64,000 nucleotides of DNA from Perna viridis (GCA_037379345.1 CM074511.1:36896862-36960861); one strand, 5' to 3'. Counted from the stretch's first letter, positions 1 through 12,830 are shown. Translations and numbers: made by a program. The notes: a model not told the origin generated them from the letters alone.

Positions 1-384
1 CTCTTATACTATCTCTTTGTCCATTCTATGATGGAAGGATGAAATAGATTGTAATAAAATCTCATCTGATCCCATTTTTATACTTTCTGTCTGTAAAACA
101 TTATCCGATCAATAATTATCAAAACGAAATACACTTCAACAAGTCAACCTATATAAAAGTTCAACTGGACTTTTTTTTCTGAATTCTTACTAGCTAAAAA
201 TCCTATCTTATTTTCAAGATTAGAACATGTAAAGATACCTGAGGTTTGAATAAGGTATTCAAGTTGACGAGGGAAATTAAACCACATGGGTAAAAACCAC
301 ACAAGGATATGAGAATATCAAGAAGGAGAAAGAATCACATAGGAATGTCCATTCTTCAGCAAAGGGGGTCTTATGTCTGTTTAC

Positions 385-545
385 CTAAAATCATTCACAG
401 CAATACCAAGATCTGCTTCCAGGGTCACATCATTGCGAAATCCTACAGAGGCAGTCACGATCCCTTCATGAACAGAGGCAATGACATGGCAGTCGTAAGG
501 ATAACTGCCAACTGCATAGATCAGTACTCCAGAAGCTCGGTCAGA
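385..545 (-). CDS. Coding exon 5: LamG2 middle ([54 protein letters not shown])
   Basis: cattttaAG acceptor and TAG|GTAAA donor; 161 nt, phase 0 to phase 2. Ends at ND-F-R, so the expected WH is in the next exon, outside the window. Confidence 0.88.
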
Positions 546-3500
546 CTTAAAATGAATCAAGTTTATGTTAGAGTTTATCACAAGTAGAGCAAATATGAGT
601 ACATGTGTATCAAAGCTAGTGATTTTTAAAATTCAAGTTTGATGGTTTAAGTTTTTACAAGAAATCATATGTTTTAATAGACAAAAATGGTATTTTCTAA
701 TTAACTTTAGGTATCCTTTCCCAGTAAGAGGTATTAGCTGCTTTCTGTTCTATCTTTAGATGTGAATCTTCTCCCATAACTTGAGAGTTATTGCATCTGA
801 GGATTTGGTTGTGTATCAACAGAATACTTTTTAAAAAATCTCCTAGTTGAAATATTTGAAACTATCAAAGAAGTATTTCTCCAACATGTCTTTTCAATTG
901 AAAACTTGTATTGAAATGAATTATCATTATATATACCTTGAACTGTAGACTAAATATATTATGATCAGTAAATTGTCTGTCCTCAGGTTTGTCGTACAGT
1001 TTATAGGTAATCCATTCATATCCTCTCAATGTTATTTTGGTTGAGCCTGAAAATATCATGTATGGGAGATAACTCTAACTGCCTTAAATCAAATATTAAA
1101 TTTCTAAAAGAGGCTTATTTAAATTAACTTCTATTTGAGCACTGGTACCAGTACATTAAGATTCCAGTCCTTAATAAATAAAACTGCATTAAGAATGTAG
1201 TATAGGTGAGTATGTTTCTCAATATTCTACACAATTTCATGTACTGTGTACATATTTCTATGTGAGGTACCAATTTGTATGTTTCTATTACAAATATTGA
1301 CTCCTAAACTCAATGTAGTTCTTCATTGTGAACATTGATGATTAAATAGAAAGTAAAATGATAAAATTAACAAACCAACAAAATGAAAAAAATTGATACC
1401 AAAGAGTAAAATTTCATTCATAGAAACCCAAATTTGATTTGAAAATCAAACTTTTTTTAAGGTTTAACGGAAATCTTCACAAAAAAGAGCTTGCAGATTG
1501 ATATTTATAATGCACACATAATACCATGTAAACTATAAATCTAATTAAAAATTTACCAGTGAGGTACAATGTACCATATTAATATTGCAAGAACCTAAGA
1601 ATGGCTGAAATAGATTTTGAAATTGTCTATTGATTAGTCATCTTTGGCAAAAAAAAAATGAATAAATAAAGAAGGGAATTTCAATAATTAGCAGGTATCT
1701 TGCATGTAAAGCATATGCTAGATCAGAATCGCTCTTAAAACAGAAAAATCGTTTTCACATACATGAAGTTTCACACACCATACTACTTATAAAGTAGAAA
1801 AACTGTGAGCAATGCTCACTTACCTGAAACCCCCTGCCCCCATTTTGCAGACATGCAGACAAAAAAAAAAAAAACTGATTTGGGTTAAAATTCAAAATAG
1901 GACGTGCACAACGGGAATAGGTAATACAGATTCTGTAAAAATTTCATGAAGTTCCATTGAGTGGTGTAAGATAGGTAATGAATAATAGATAGGTACCCCT
2001 GTGTGTAACAGAAGGTAGAAAGGAAGGAAGTAAGGACAGAAGGATGGACACCCTGTAACTATAAACCCCTTCTTAAAGTTGAGGAGGGGCTATAATTAAT
2101 ATTACTACCACTATTTATAGTCCTGTATACCTACCCTTTTGCTCACAGAACTCTCCCTGTAAACCAGTACCATAGCAGTTACATTTAACATGAGAATAAT
2201 GATTGGTACATGGTGTTCTTGCATGACATGGTGTCTCTGTTACACATTTATCCTGGCACCCTGTCTCCACCGGTCCTGTGATGATTGGATTGTAGACAGT
2301 AATGTATGTCCCATTTGCATTGTTGATTTGAATGTCTTTTATGCAGCCAATGAAGGGATGATGTTGGGATTCTTTATCTTTTCCTGAAAGAAAGAAGCAA
2401 ATATATGGCTATGAAAGTTAATTAGGACAAACAACATTTCATCATTTTTTTAAGATAAGAGGTAACATACTTTGTTTATTAAAGAGCACACAGCCAACAA
2501 TGATAACCTGAGACCAACAACTCTACTCAGACAGTGTTATAAGTTTGGAAAGATTTGTGGCAAACTATACAAATTTTACTCTACATGCTGCACCTAATCA
2601 ATGCTCTTAGTTTTTGGAAGACTCTTTGTTGCTCCTTTTATTAGCGACTATTCTTTCAGCTATTGTTTCTTTTTATATTTATTTTATTTATCTTTTAGTT
2701 CTTGATGTATAGATTCTCCTTCAGTAATAAGTGGTTCAATGTATTTCTAAACTTGAGATAATATAATTTAGCTTTTCAATGCTCCCGCTTTAGCAAGCAT
2801 GTCAAAAACTAAACTTTACAATAGAGAGTAGAGATGTAGTTTAAATAAAGAATAGGATGGAGAAGAATAGGTTTCTCCCATGAAATCAATATAAAACTTG
2901 GAAAATGCAAAACGGCAGAAACACATCACAGAAATTTAATCACTGCCCAATGGTTAAAAAGTCACATGCATTTTTAATCACTAGCTTAGAATGGGAGATA
3001 CAGCTTGAACTTTAATTACCCTTAACATCATTTTGATCTGCTTTAAAAGTTTCCCTTAAATATTCCTAGTGTTCCATTCATAAAAAGTAAACTTATGACC
3101 TGATTTTGTATAATATTTTAGTAAATATACATTAATGCCAAGATTTTTATGGCCCAGCTATGTATATTTTGTTCCGGACATTGATTACCAATAAAGAGGC
3201 AAAAATATAGAATTCAGAATTCCTTGTTACATCAAGTTCAATGTACTAAAATACTAATAAACAGCAATGTTTTCATGAAAGAAAGAATTCGTAGACAGCT
3301 GAACACTTGAATAAACAAAGCTTGCAATTTTATTTCTATGCTGAAAAAGACATGTGTGCAGTTCATAAATTAAAACCCAGAATTACTGAAGTTAAAAAAT
3401 CTATAATTAAGAATGCTTTTTAAATTCAATTTTGAGTTTATTTTGACAGAACATATCATAGACTTTTAAAAAAAAAATTTGATTGGTATTTTAAGTTTTA

Positions 3501-6500
3501 CTTGTTTTTTCGATGCAGTCAGTATAGTTTCGCTATTTACCCTTTGACCCTAGAGATGCTCTTCCATGGAAACACAAGTCACCTGATCAAAATTCTACCT
3601 ATTTCCCGATTGGCCGAATATTGATAACTTAGTGGTGTTTGAAAAACCTGAATCGGAAATTGCCATGCGTTATTTCCTGAATGAAATGAAGAAAATTATC
3701 AGTAAAAAGAACAAATTTTACTGCATCGGCTATCTTTTTTTAAAGATAGTACTTGTTTTAAGTTTTAAATGGAAACAGAAAGCTAACGACCCAAAAATGA
3801 CACAGAAAGAGCAACTCTACTACAGCAAGTAAAATAGTAATCTCAAGGGGATAGAGTTGATTTATTACCTGATGAATTGCCTTAGGTAGATAACTGGAAA
3901 ATTGACAAGAAGATTTTAAGTTTTATTATTCTATTTTAATGATATTTTTAGGTATTTGAAACAATGTCTGAAAGGAAACTAAATTCTCCTTCTAAATTGT
4001 CCAGTTAACAACGTTATTAAATCATAGGAAGACTATCTCTATCCCATGAAGTTGACTGTTTTACTTATGATAATTTCAAAAATATTTGGAACCTATGTTT
4101 TCTGATTATATTGTATAACTGCAAAGTTTTCAACATAATGAAAAAAAAAAAAACAAGCCCCTCTTTTACAAATTAACATTAGTCAAAACCAGAACATAAT
4201 TTTAATGAAAAAGTACCTCCAAACAGTGTGACAGAGGAGAGTTTGTTCCAATCAATGAAGTATGCTGGACTAGTAAGGGGTTCTGATTGGGCTACTCCAT
4301 CCAAGGACACAATGAGGTCACCTGAGGTCAGAAGTTGTAGTTCTAATGAATGCCAGTGATCATCATTTAATGCTGAAATGGAAATAAATCATCGTTTTTA
4401 AATGATGATAAAGTATTCTGTAACATATTAATTATAAGTAAACATAAAATGTTTTTATTTGAATTGATTTGTCAATTCTTTAGGTCCTGATCATCTGTCA
4501 CTGATGAAAAATCACCAAATTAAAGTTTATTCTAACAAAACTATAAACACATAATGCATCAAATATGATCCATGCAACAACAACAACAACAAAAAATACA
4601 AATGGCAATATTTACCCAATTTTGTTGTTTTTTGGCAGATTTTATGCTTCCATAAAACTGACAATTGATTAAAACCATTTTAAAACAATTTCAATCATCC
4701 ATTTAACAGTGTATATCACATTTTTATACCTTACTTCAAACATTTTTTTTCTTTCAATAGGGGTGGGGGCAAATATGGTCCTTATTGTAACTTATCCTTT
4801 ACTCTGGCAAAGTAAGAGTATCTCCATACTGCATGGATGGCAAAAAGGTCAGAAAACAGTTTGCCAGACAACATTGATGGAATATTCTAAATTATGTAGA
4901 TATATGGATAAACCTTATTTGGTCGATTTTAACTGTTCAAAGTATTAAAGTTTTTTTTAATGAAATTTCACTTCTTGTTTCGATTAGACTTTCTGGTTTA
5001 ATCAAACAACAGAAAAAACAATAATATTGAAACACAGAAGCAATAGCTTTAATCCAAAGCATTCTTCTTCTACTAATCAGTATATCATCTACCAATTCAT
5101 TCTGATAAAGTTTCATAGGGAATTTATGCCAAGGGTGTTGGCCCCAGCCAAATATTAGGCCAAATGGTAGATTCTCATCCATCATTCACAAAAAATATGG
5201 GATGGATGGGAGGATTTTGTTTTTATTTATTTCTTACCAGATATTTGCAAGCTTAATTTCAGTCGTCATCATGAACTCGTGGATCGTTATGGTGTATCCG
5301 TCAGCACCATGAAAACTGTTTTATTCAATGGGTCATAGTTTTCATTTCCTCGTTTGTCTACCCCGGACTTGACTTTTTATGAGCAACTCGGCCGGTGTTT
5401 CTAGAAAAGCAGAGGATGCTTACCCTACCAGCGCACCTGGTCCATGCTCCCAGTTTTTAGTGGAGTCCGAGTTGCTCATTTACTTTTGTTACTTTGTATG
5501 TATGATTTTAGTTACTTTATGTTCTTTGTTGTGTATGTCTGTTTTCCATGTCTGGTCTTTGTCCCTGGATTACATTCTTTTGATTACCGCTATAACCTTG
5601 GTTCCCTTGATTACTCTTTTGAAGTATAGATATGTTCTAAATCAATTGCCGCATCAGTCTCAGAGAAGAAACATCATTTTAGTCACCAAGAAATGAAAGA
5701 TTTGTGTGTTATAGTATCTCAATACTACAAACTGATGCTAAAAAACCCTGATTTTGAAATTTTTTCTTTTAGGGTTGGAAGGGGATAATAATCTACTGAT
5801 TAATTTTTGTTGGCCTTATCACTAGAATTAAAGGAAGCATAAAGACATCTTTTTTTCTATTAGAGGCGGCATTAAGACATATCTACAAAACCGGAGGAAG
5901 TTGCATTGGCAGAATGATCTGCCTATGGTAGAGGTGATTCATGGTGTAGAAAAACTCACTAAACAAACAATGCTTTTTTGGTCTGCATGTACAAAATAGT
6001 CCTGTCATTATTCAGATCTGTATTTTTGAGAAAACCCTATTTATCTCCAACTTAAATCAACAAAATCAGATCAAATAAAGAATGATAACTCTTGCAAAGT
6101 GCCAATTTCATATATAATCAATATAATTTTTATCTTTATAGCACAACATCTGAATGACAAACTAAGACTGATAAAATGGTCTGTAACTGTTTCTGAATTT
6201 AAAATTAAAATATGAAATTGGTTGGTATTTGACATGCATAAACCAACTTCTGTCTTATTTTTAAAAAGATTGCTACCTCTGTATCATAACCTTTTCTTTT
6301 AACAAAGCCAAATCATACACATTTTTTTTATATTCATTAGGAGTGAACCACATTCTCTCTTTTTTTCTCTTGATGAAAACCTACTATAAAGTTAACAATG
6401 ACCTTCTACTTCTTTTCTGAAACCATGCAATTGTGAGCAATTGTTATAATCCATGAACAAGTATCATTCTATAATGAATAAATTCTTCTGTATTGAGCTT

Positions 6501-9500
6501 ACTGATTATTTCATGAGGTTAACATGTGAGAAGTGTATTTTGTACCATGAGAATGGTGATTCAATTGTGATTAGCAACTTGAATGATTAAGAAGTGTTAA
6601 CCAATTTATGAAAAACAAAATGTATTAACTTAAAGGCAGTTCAAGTCAGCACTTGTCAATTTCTGTTGCCAGACCCTTGAAATATCATTTACCTAGGTCC
6701 TGAACCTATCACATTTTCATTTTTCGCTTAATTTTGGGGACCTTCTATTTTCTTATATAGGATCTTTCATTTAGGAGGAAAAAAAATTCAGGACCATTCA
6801 TTCTTTAAAATAAATTTGAACCCCTGCTTAAACTGCATGTACAATGTACTAATGCCCTTGAACTTCGCTGAGTACATTGTATTTAGATAAGTGGAAACGT
6901 GTTGATGGAGACAATATACAGCCCATAGCAGAGAGCTAACCATTCCAGAACATGAATTTTTCAATGAACTAAGAATACATTTGTAGGTCTCCATCTCTTG
7001 GGAATTGGTTCACTCAATTTAATCATACAACTATTGATTAATCCTATTACATAAAACCAAATTACAGATAACTTGATAAACTCAAACTGATATAGAAGAA
7101 GAGAAATTCAAAGATCTAAAGACAAAATGGTGTTCAATTAGCTAAAAGCATTGTGAGAGATATTCTAAAAACTACACTTTTTCTTATGTACAAATGTACT
7201 TTACCATGCATTAAAATAATGTAGAACATGAATACATCCCATGACTGTATAGTGAGTGCACTTGAGCATTGGATGATTGTGGTTTGCAAAAATTTGTTTA
7301 TACAAAAAAATAAAGACAAGTAACAGATTGAAAACGAAAGAGGTTTCAAATGCACTACAAAAGCTCTTCATATAAAACAGACTAGAGTACAGTTTTGAGT
7401 TCAGCATTATTTATAGTGTTGTAAGGTTTAGAAGTTTAAAGCAAAAGTAAAGAGGACAGCATCACTCTAATCTTTTCATTCTTGAAATTGAGAGGTGCAT
7501 AATGCACCTGATTTTCAACTTCCAGAATAGGGTGAAATCATTCCATCCATTGGGAGCCGAGATAGTTGCAACAAAAATGACTGACAGATGGAAGGACAGA
7601 CAGACAAAGTGAATACTTGTACCACTCAAATTGTTGAATGGGTGTATAATTTGAGTGAAGGATATTTATTGCTTGTTTCTCCTCAAATCAATTATCAATT
7701 TATATAATATTAAACAAGTCATTCTGGGGTTTAAATCAATGTGTGTTTAGGATCAGGGACCCTAAATATCTGACCTACGACCTTTAAAATTACATTTACC
7801 AAGGTCCTGGACCTTCAAACTTTTTTGTTGACACCTTTTGAGGACTTTTGGTTTTATTCAAATGGACCATTAATACTTGGATAAGTCCTGGACATTTTAC
7901 TCTTATGAGTAAATTTGAATGTCTGGGGCCATATTTGTAGACCTGATAAAACTATCATGAATAAAAACTTTTCATTCATTTTCTTGGTACATGTATGTCT
8001 TCATGTAAGAAAAATATCATTAAGAATAAACATTTGATAAAATAATTTTTTGAAAGTTGAGAGATTTAAAATTCTATGGACAAATTTTAATATTAAATTC
8101 ATTTAAATTTACTAGAATAAAATTCAAATCTATTCTCTTTAGAATAAAGCTATGAAATTCAATATTACATTAAAATTTTCATACAATTCTGCATAGTAAT
8201 TCAATAGCCTGATAAAATACATCATCTTTTCCAGTGACATAAATTTAAATATGTGACATAGACCTCAGCAAATAAAATTTTTACTAAAATTCATTAAAAT
8301 TTTGGAAAATAATTAATGAACAAATATTTAATTGTACACAATGTTTACTTTTCTAGTGGATGCCGAGAGAAAAAAGAACAACTTTTGAATAATTGACTTA
8401 AAATTTGAAACCAATTCATGAGCACATTAAGATATCTGATCTTGCATTATTCAGCCAGGGAAATTATTTTCTGACAACCACTTGTAAAACATGAGAATAA
8501 TTGAGAGAAAAATAACACAATTATTGTATAGAATATCTTTATGGTTACTCGGTTAGCTGCATAATAAACCAAAAACAAAAATATTGAGATTGTGGTTGCT
8601 TCAAGTTTTATGTATTTAAGTATCAGTCTTTCTAAAAATCAGACAGATCGCGATTCATGCATGTCAAAACCCACCGAATTCAATTTTATTTCTTGTTCAG
8701 AAACAGTTACTGATCACATAACCAGTCATAGTTTTTCATTTGGTTCCTGTGCTTTGGAGATAAAAATTATATAAATTGTACATGAAATCTGCACTTTGCA
8801 AGAGTTACCGTTCTTGATTTGGTTTGATTTGGTTGATTTTAGTGGGAGATGAATGTATGATTTTCTAAAAAGTGCAGATCTAAATGTTGAAAAGATTGTT
8901 GTTACGTGAAAGTATGGCATACATAGACTGAAAGAGCATCGTTTGTTTGGTGGGTTTTTCTTCATCATGAAGCACTTTACCATTGGCAGTGTCTGAATTT
9001 TATGTGGACTGGTACTTAAGTACTTCTCCATCTAAGAATCAGGCAAAATGTGTATAAGGTGTGGCACATGAAGAAAAAAACACAGAGATTTTATTGCATT
9101 AACCAAGTATTTATACCCGATTACCTCCACAAATAACCTTCAAAGTGTTTGTAAAATTTGCCTTTTCAGCTATTGATAGGTCAAATTTAGTTGAAATCCA
9201 CTATGGAAAAATGGCGGGAAAATTTTCCTGCACTTTTTCCTTATATGAGCAGTCAAAAAATATCTACGTCACATTTGCTTCAGGATAAATTTTAAAAGCT
9301 TTTCAGTTGTTTTCTAGATGAATATATTTGTGGCAAAACAGACCAAATTGAGAAATATGATGTACCACCCATTGCCCGATTCTTACACAGAATGGTACTT
9401 AATACAAAAGGGCATGGATTACCAAATGTATTTATATAAAGTAAAACTTAGTTGAACAGTTTCCTTTGAAAAGTTAATGCAAAAGTGTATATGAAATGAT

Positions 9501-10994
9501 TTTTCAGGGTATATGCTTATATAGACTGAACATGACTTCAACATGTAAAGAAAATAATTTTAACCTACAGAGCTGCAGAACCAAATAGAAGCACAAACTA
9601 CCACAATATTTTGGAGATAAAATAAAATCAACTCCATAATGCACACCTGAATGGAATAATATATGTTGTATGAAATTTTGTACAGAATAGGCCATTTAGA
9701 AATTTCCAAATATTCATTGTTACATTTCAATAAAGTGGAATTGGCAAATTGCATTGGCCTTATGGTATCCTTGTACCAAAAAGAGCCATAAGTTAAAGTA
9801 AAGGGACTATGACCCCAAATAAAGTGATCTCTAAATAAAATTTTCGTCAATGGGAGACATGAGCAGGTGTACCTAAAAACAAAAAGAACATGTAAACACT
9901 GTATTTGGTCCATGCTACCAGTTCTTGTCAGTATAGGATCATTATACAATTAGTTTTCTTTATAGTGTATAGAGTTTTTTTTTTTTGCCAGGTGCTAATT
10001 TTAGCGAAATTTAACAGATTGGTTTACAACTAAAAAAAAAAGTTCTGCAAAATACTTATACTAGGTTTAAGAATTTAGTGCACCACTTAGCATCTGCCAA
10101 AATTAGAAAGCAAATTTTTTCTATATTCCTGTTCACTTCAAAATTGCAAAATTTTACCCTAGCCAAAATAACCTGCTTATGGTTCTGTGTTTTTCTGTTT
10201 CCTGGTTTCGTATTTGTTTTTTTTTTTTCATTAGTGTGATGACTGTGTTTTGAATATGTCTAATTATATAGTCTTCTTTATTATAACTGAGTAACATTTT
10301 TCAGCAAGCAACATTTTTCCCATAAGGCCAAAATAAAAAATTAGTTAGTTTGCCATAGCCATACCATAGGTAAGATACCAACCAGTCAAAAACCTCCAGA
10401 CTGAAAAGTTTTTATTGGTGGTATTATATGTTATTTTTTTCTCTTATATGTGTTGAAATTTCAGACTTCGAATTATTTGGGCAAAACAAGTTATTTACCT
10501 AACTACCAACCCAATCTTTTTTTATGCACTTCAGGGATGGCAAACAGAAATATCTTTTAAGTATGGCCTAAATTCTTACCTTTTCCTACTAATACTGTCT
10601 CGACTAGGTTATCAATATGGTATGATATTTGCAAAGATCCTTCATGAAATTCAGCACAAAACTCATAATTATCTAACTTTGATTCCTTTAACTGTTTTAA
10701 ATCCTTCAAAATATGACAGAATAATGTTCCATATCGATTTCGGGTACGAAATGACAATTTGTAATGTGGATTTTGATTGGATAAATTCAATGGATACACT
10801 GCAATATACCCTTCTCCTGTAAATGTCCACAATGAAGATGTCTTGTCTAATGATGACGATGAAATTTCAGATGAAAGTGCAAAAGGAGTTGCTGACGGTA
10901 ATGAACTTTGAGCTAATCCTTTACAACTCCAGAACAACAGCAAAATAATCCTCAACACAAAATGTCCCAGGCACTTGTATATCACAGTCTTCAT
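385..10994 (-). CDS. 5' part of an axotactin-like / neurexin-superfamily adhesion protein gene (signal peptide, LamG, EGF, LamG); 5 coding exons in the window, 3'-partial
   Basis: Manual splicing of 10994-10580, 4372-4217, 2383-2135, 1046-937 and 545-385 gives one open frame of 1091 nt with GT-AG introns in phases 1,1,1,0,2. Motifs: [24 protein letters not shown], a six-Cys EGF ending [13 protein letters not shown], then [15 protein letters not shown] and [20 protein letters not shown]. The post-EGF segment resembles my recollection of axotactin (TLRGxxYVSYRIYD). Confidence 0.88.
937..1046 (-). CDS. Coding exon 4: start of LamG2 ([37 protein letters not shown])
   Basis: ttttcAG acceptor and AAG|GTATA donor; 110 nt, phase 1 to phase 0; lies inside track ORF 865..1059. 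Confidence 0.88.
1795..2096. mobile_element. Helentron-associated (HINE / DINE-1-like) non-autonomous element
   Basis: Subterminal palindrome GTGAGCAATGCTCAC (1805-1819), a core, GGAA/GGAC microsatellite, and a terminal CCCCT..AGGGG hairpin flanked by TATA. Confidence 0.65.
2135..2383 (-). CDS. Coding exon 3: end of LamG1 ([11 protein letters not shown]) plus EGF-like domain
   Basis: ttctttctttcAG acceptor and AGG|GTAGG donor; 249 nt open; [42 protein letters not shown]. Confidence 0.92.
3827..4066. mobile_element. Old fold-back / MITE with degenerate long inverted arms
   Basis: 3827-3856 versus 4037-4066, plus inner arms TAACTGGAAAATT.. and ..AATTGTCCAGTTA. Confidence 0.55.
4217..4372 (-). 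CDS. Coding exon 2: LamG1 C-half ([26 protein letters not shown]...VTLFGG)
   Basis: catttcAG acceptor and GAG|GTAC donor; 156 nt, phase 1 to phase 1; canonical LNDxxWH motif. Not in the ORF track. Confidence 0.9.
5261..5620 (+). mobile_element. 3' end of a retroelement (Penelope-like, probably Naiad-type): reverse transcriptase C-terminus plus structured 3' region
   Basis: 5261-5338 translates as [25 protein letters not shown], matching a recalled bivalve RT C-terminal motif (GRHHxLVDRYGxSVS). CpG-rich relative to the flanks; 13-bp stem at 5379-5391 / 5467-5479. Confidence 0.6.
5960..6278. mobile_element. Diverged copy of family A
   Basis: Shares ATTCAGATCTGTA, AAGAATGATAACTCTTGCAAAGTGC and TTTGACATGCAT with 24914-25290. 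Confidence 0.7.
8620..9015. mobile_element. Non-autonomous TIR element flanked by TTAA (family A, Kolobok-like target)
   Basis: TTAA|GTATCAGTC ... GACTGGTAC|TTAA; inverted homologues lie at about 5960-6278 and 24914-25290. Confidence 0.75.
9020..9398. mobile_element. Non-autonomous TIR element flanked by TTAA (family B), abutting family A
   Basis: TTAA|GTAC..TAAGAATCAGGCAA at the left end and TTGCCCGATTCTTA..GTAC|TTAA at the right end. Confidence 0.7.
10580..10994 (-). CDS. Coding exon 1: signal peptide, Ser-rich linker and N-half of laminin G domain 1
   Basis: ATG in CAACATG context; [30 protein letters not shown] looks like a signal peptide; FTGEGYI and [13 protein letters not shown] are LamG strands. 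Donor AAG|GTAAG after 10580; acceptor ctttcttttcAG| before 11038, so the whole exon is 10580-11038. Confidence 0.9.
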
Positions 10995-11002
10995 GTTGAA
11001 GT

Positions 11003-11038
11003 CTATTTCCTGGCTACTTTAACATTTGCAATGTTCAT
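11003..11038 (-). promoter_or_regulatory. Upstream ORF (MNIANVKVARK*) in the 5' UTR part of the first coding exon
   Basis: ATG is the first 3 nt after the acceptor; its TAG ends 8 nt before the main ATG. Confidence 0.5.
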
Positions 11039-12629
11039 CTGAAAAGAAAGAAAAAAATTCAAACATTTTTATTTGCCAAAGTTTTTTCTCAAAAATACTT
11101 TTAAATGCTTCTAACATGTTTGACAGAAACCTCAAGATAGTTTCTGATGCAGTCACAGATATTTATCATTATTTTGTTTCCAATGAATGATAATTTTACC
11201 AGCTTACACTCATCAACCCTAGGAAAATTATCGAGGCCCTAATTTAATTAGTTTTTTTCCAAATTATTTTTTAGGATTTGGGTTTAAGATGTTTTACATT
11301 TTGAGTCTAGGCTTCACTCCCATCCACATGAAAAGGAAAATAAATAGGGCAATAATGGAAAATAAGGGGGGATGATAAAATGTTCAAAATGAACTCAACC
11401 TCTGTACCTTAGTACTAAACAACTATGCAAAGTATAAAAAAAATTCACTGATCTGTTCCCAAATTATCATCAGGAAACCTTCAGGGGACAGACAGATGGA
11501 CACACAACTTTTCAGAGGGTTTGACATAATACCTTGTCAGTTCATGAAGTGGATATAAACACTCTGCAGTAGTATTTCATTTTCTGAACATAATGACCAT
11601 AAAGAAGTAAGAAAACTCTAACATCTTGCTCCTATGATTATTTAAGCCATGATGTGAATATGCAAAGTTAATTGACATACAGTAACTTTATCTTGATGCT
11701 TATAAAAATTGCCAACATTAGTGCAATCCAAATCCACGAAAACTATGGTAAATAGGTATCCTCAGGAATTAATGCTTTTAGACCTGCACTGGTCAAAGCC
11801 GTAATATATGGCTGGTGCTTACTTGATCACTAAAGCCATTTCATTATTGTCACCATGACTTTTCTCATATCTTTTTCAATTTATTGACAGTTGGAAAATT
11901 TAAGTGAGGTAAGTGCAATATTATTTACATTCTTTTGGGATTGCATTGGCTTAGTATATCCATATTTCAAGCCATAACTAACATAGTTTGCACCTATAAC
12001 AAAGATTTTTTGCACCAACTTTGGCAAGTGTAAATAATATATGCCTTTTCCTGGTAATTATCCAAGTATTATGCAATTGTAAATGCTCAATTGAAATAAA
12101 TGTCAAGATAATTATTTAATAAATGTATGTGAACTTGCGTAAAATGAAAGTCCCCGATATGCATTAACAGGTACTGGTTTTAAATCTAAGTTTAAAAACA
12201 GGAACAACCATTTCATTACATAAGATCTAATAATTATATCATTGATCTTGTAAAAAGAGTAAAGTGATAGAAATCATTTATCTTCATTACTGGTCTATGG
12301 CATATAGCAAGCTGTGGACCTTAAGATTTGAAAAATAATTAATTCTTAACAAAGTTCATGAGAGAAATGTCCAGACCTGGGTCCCACAAACAAGTATTAT
12401 TTTGAAGTGCCATTCTTAAACCATAATTCGAGTTTTAAAGAACATTTTCCGACTTTCGAATTATCAATTTATAAAAACTTTTTTGACAAGAAGAAAATAA
12501 CCTATCAATGCCCTTTTTGAAAGATTGATAGTAATTTTACATATCCTATGGCAGATATTTAATGCATTTCAGCACAAGAATGTTTGATCAATTGAACCGA
12601 CCCTGCTTTCCACTTGTCCAACAAGGTGA

Positions 12630-12830
12630 ATTTGATATTTAATGTGCTAGATCATAGAAGCAAAATCTTAGGTATGTCACCCCAATTGGATACATCAATC
12701 TGACTGAGCCATTCATTACCTCACTATATCTTATATGCTTTGAGAATGGTGAAGAGGGAATAATATCAATTTAAGAGTCTCTGGTATGACATGGTTTTGG
12801 ATCAAACCCAAGACCTCCACTTAAGGAGCC
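12630..12830 (-). mobile_element. Decayed tRNA-derived SINE (bivalve Meta-SINE-like)
   Basis: GTGCTAG..ATGTCACCCCA..ACAT..CTGA core followed by the reverse B-box GGATCAAACCC; homologous to 44270-44560. Confidence 0.5.

Noticed and set aside
309-587. 92-aa plus-strand ORF (also 2190-2387 and 10622-10822)
   Set aside because: Antisense shadows of the real minus-strand exons.
5379-5696. 105-aa hydrophobic ORF resembling a membrane protein
   Set aside because: Lies in the T-rich 3' region of the retroelement fragment; the hydrophobicity is compositional.
6381-6416. Possible neural microexon (TGCATG..tttcAG acceptor) in the 6.2-kb intron
   Set aside because: The available donors give 7, 14 or 32 nt (frameshifting) or 36 nt with an in-frame TAG.
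8726-9031. Similar peptides in ORFs 8726-9031 (-) and 24967-25206 (+), suggesting a gene family
   Set aside because: Both are copies of non-coding TTAA element family A; the third copy near 6000 has no corresponding ORF in the track.
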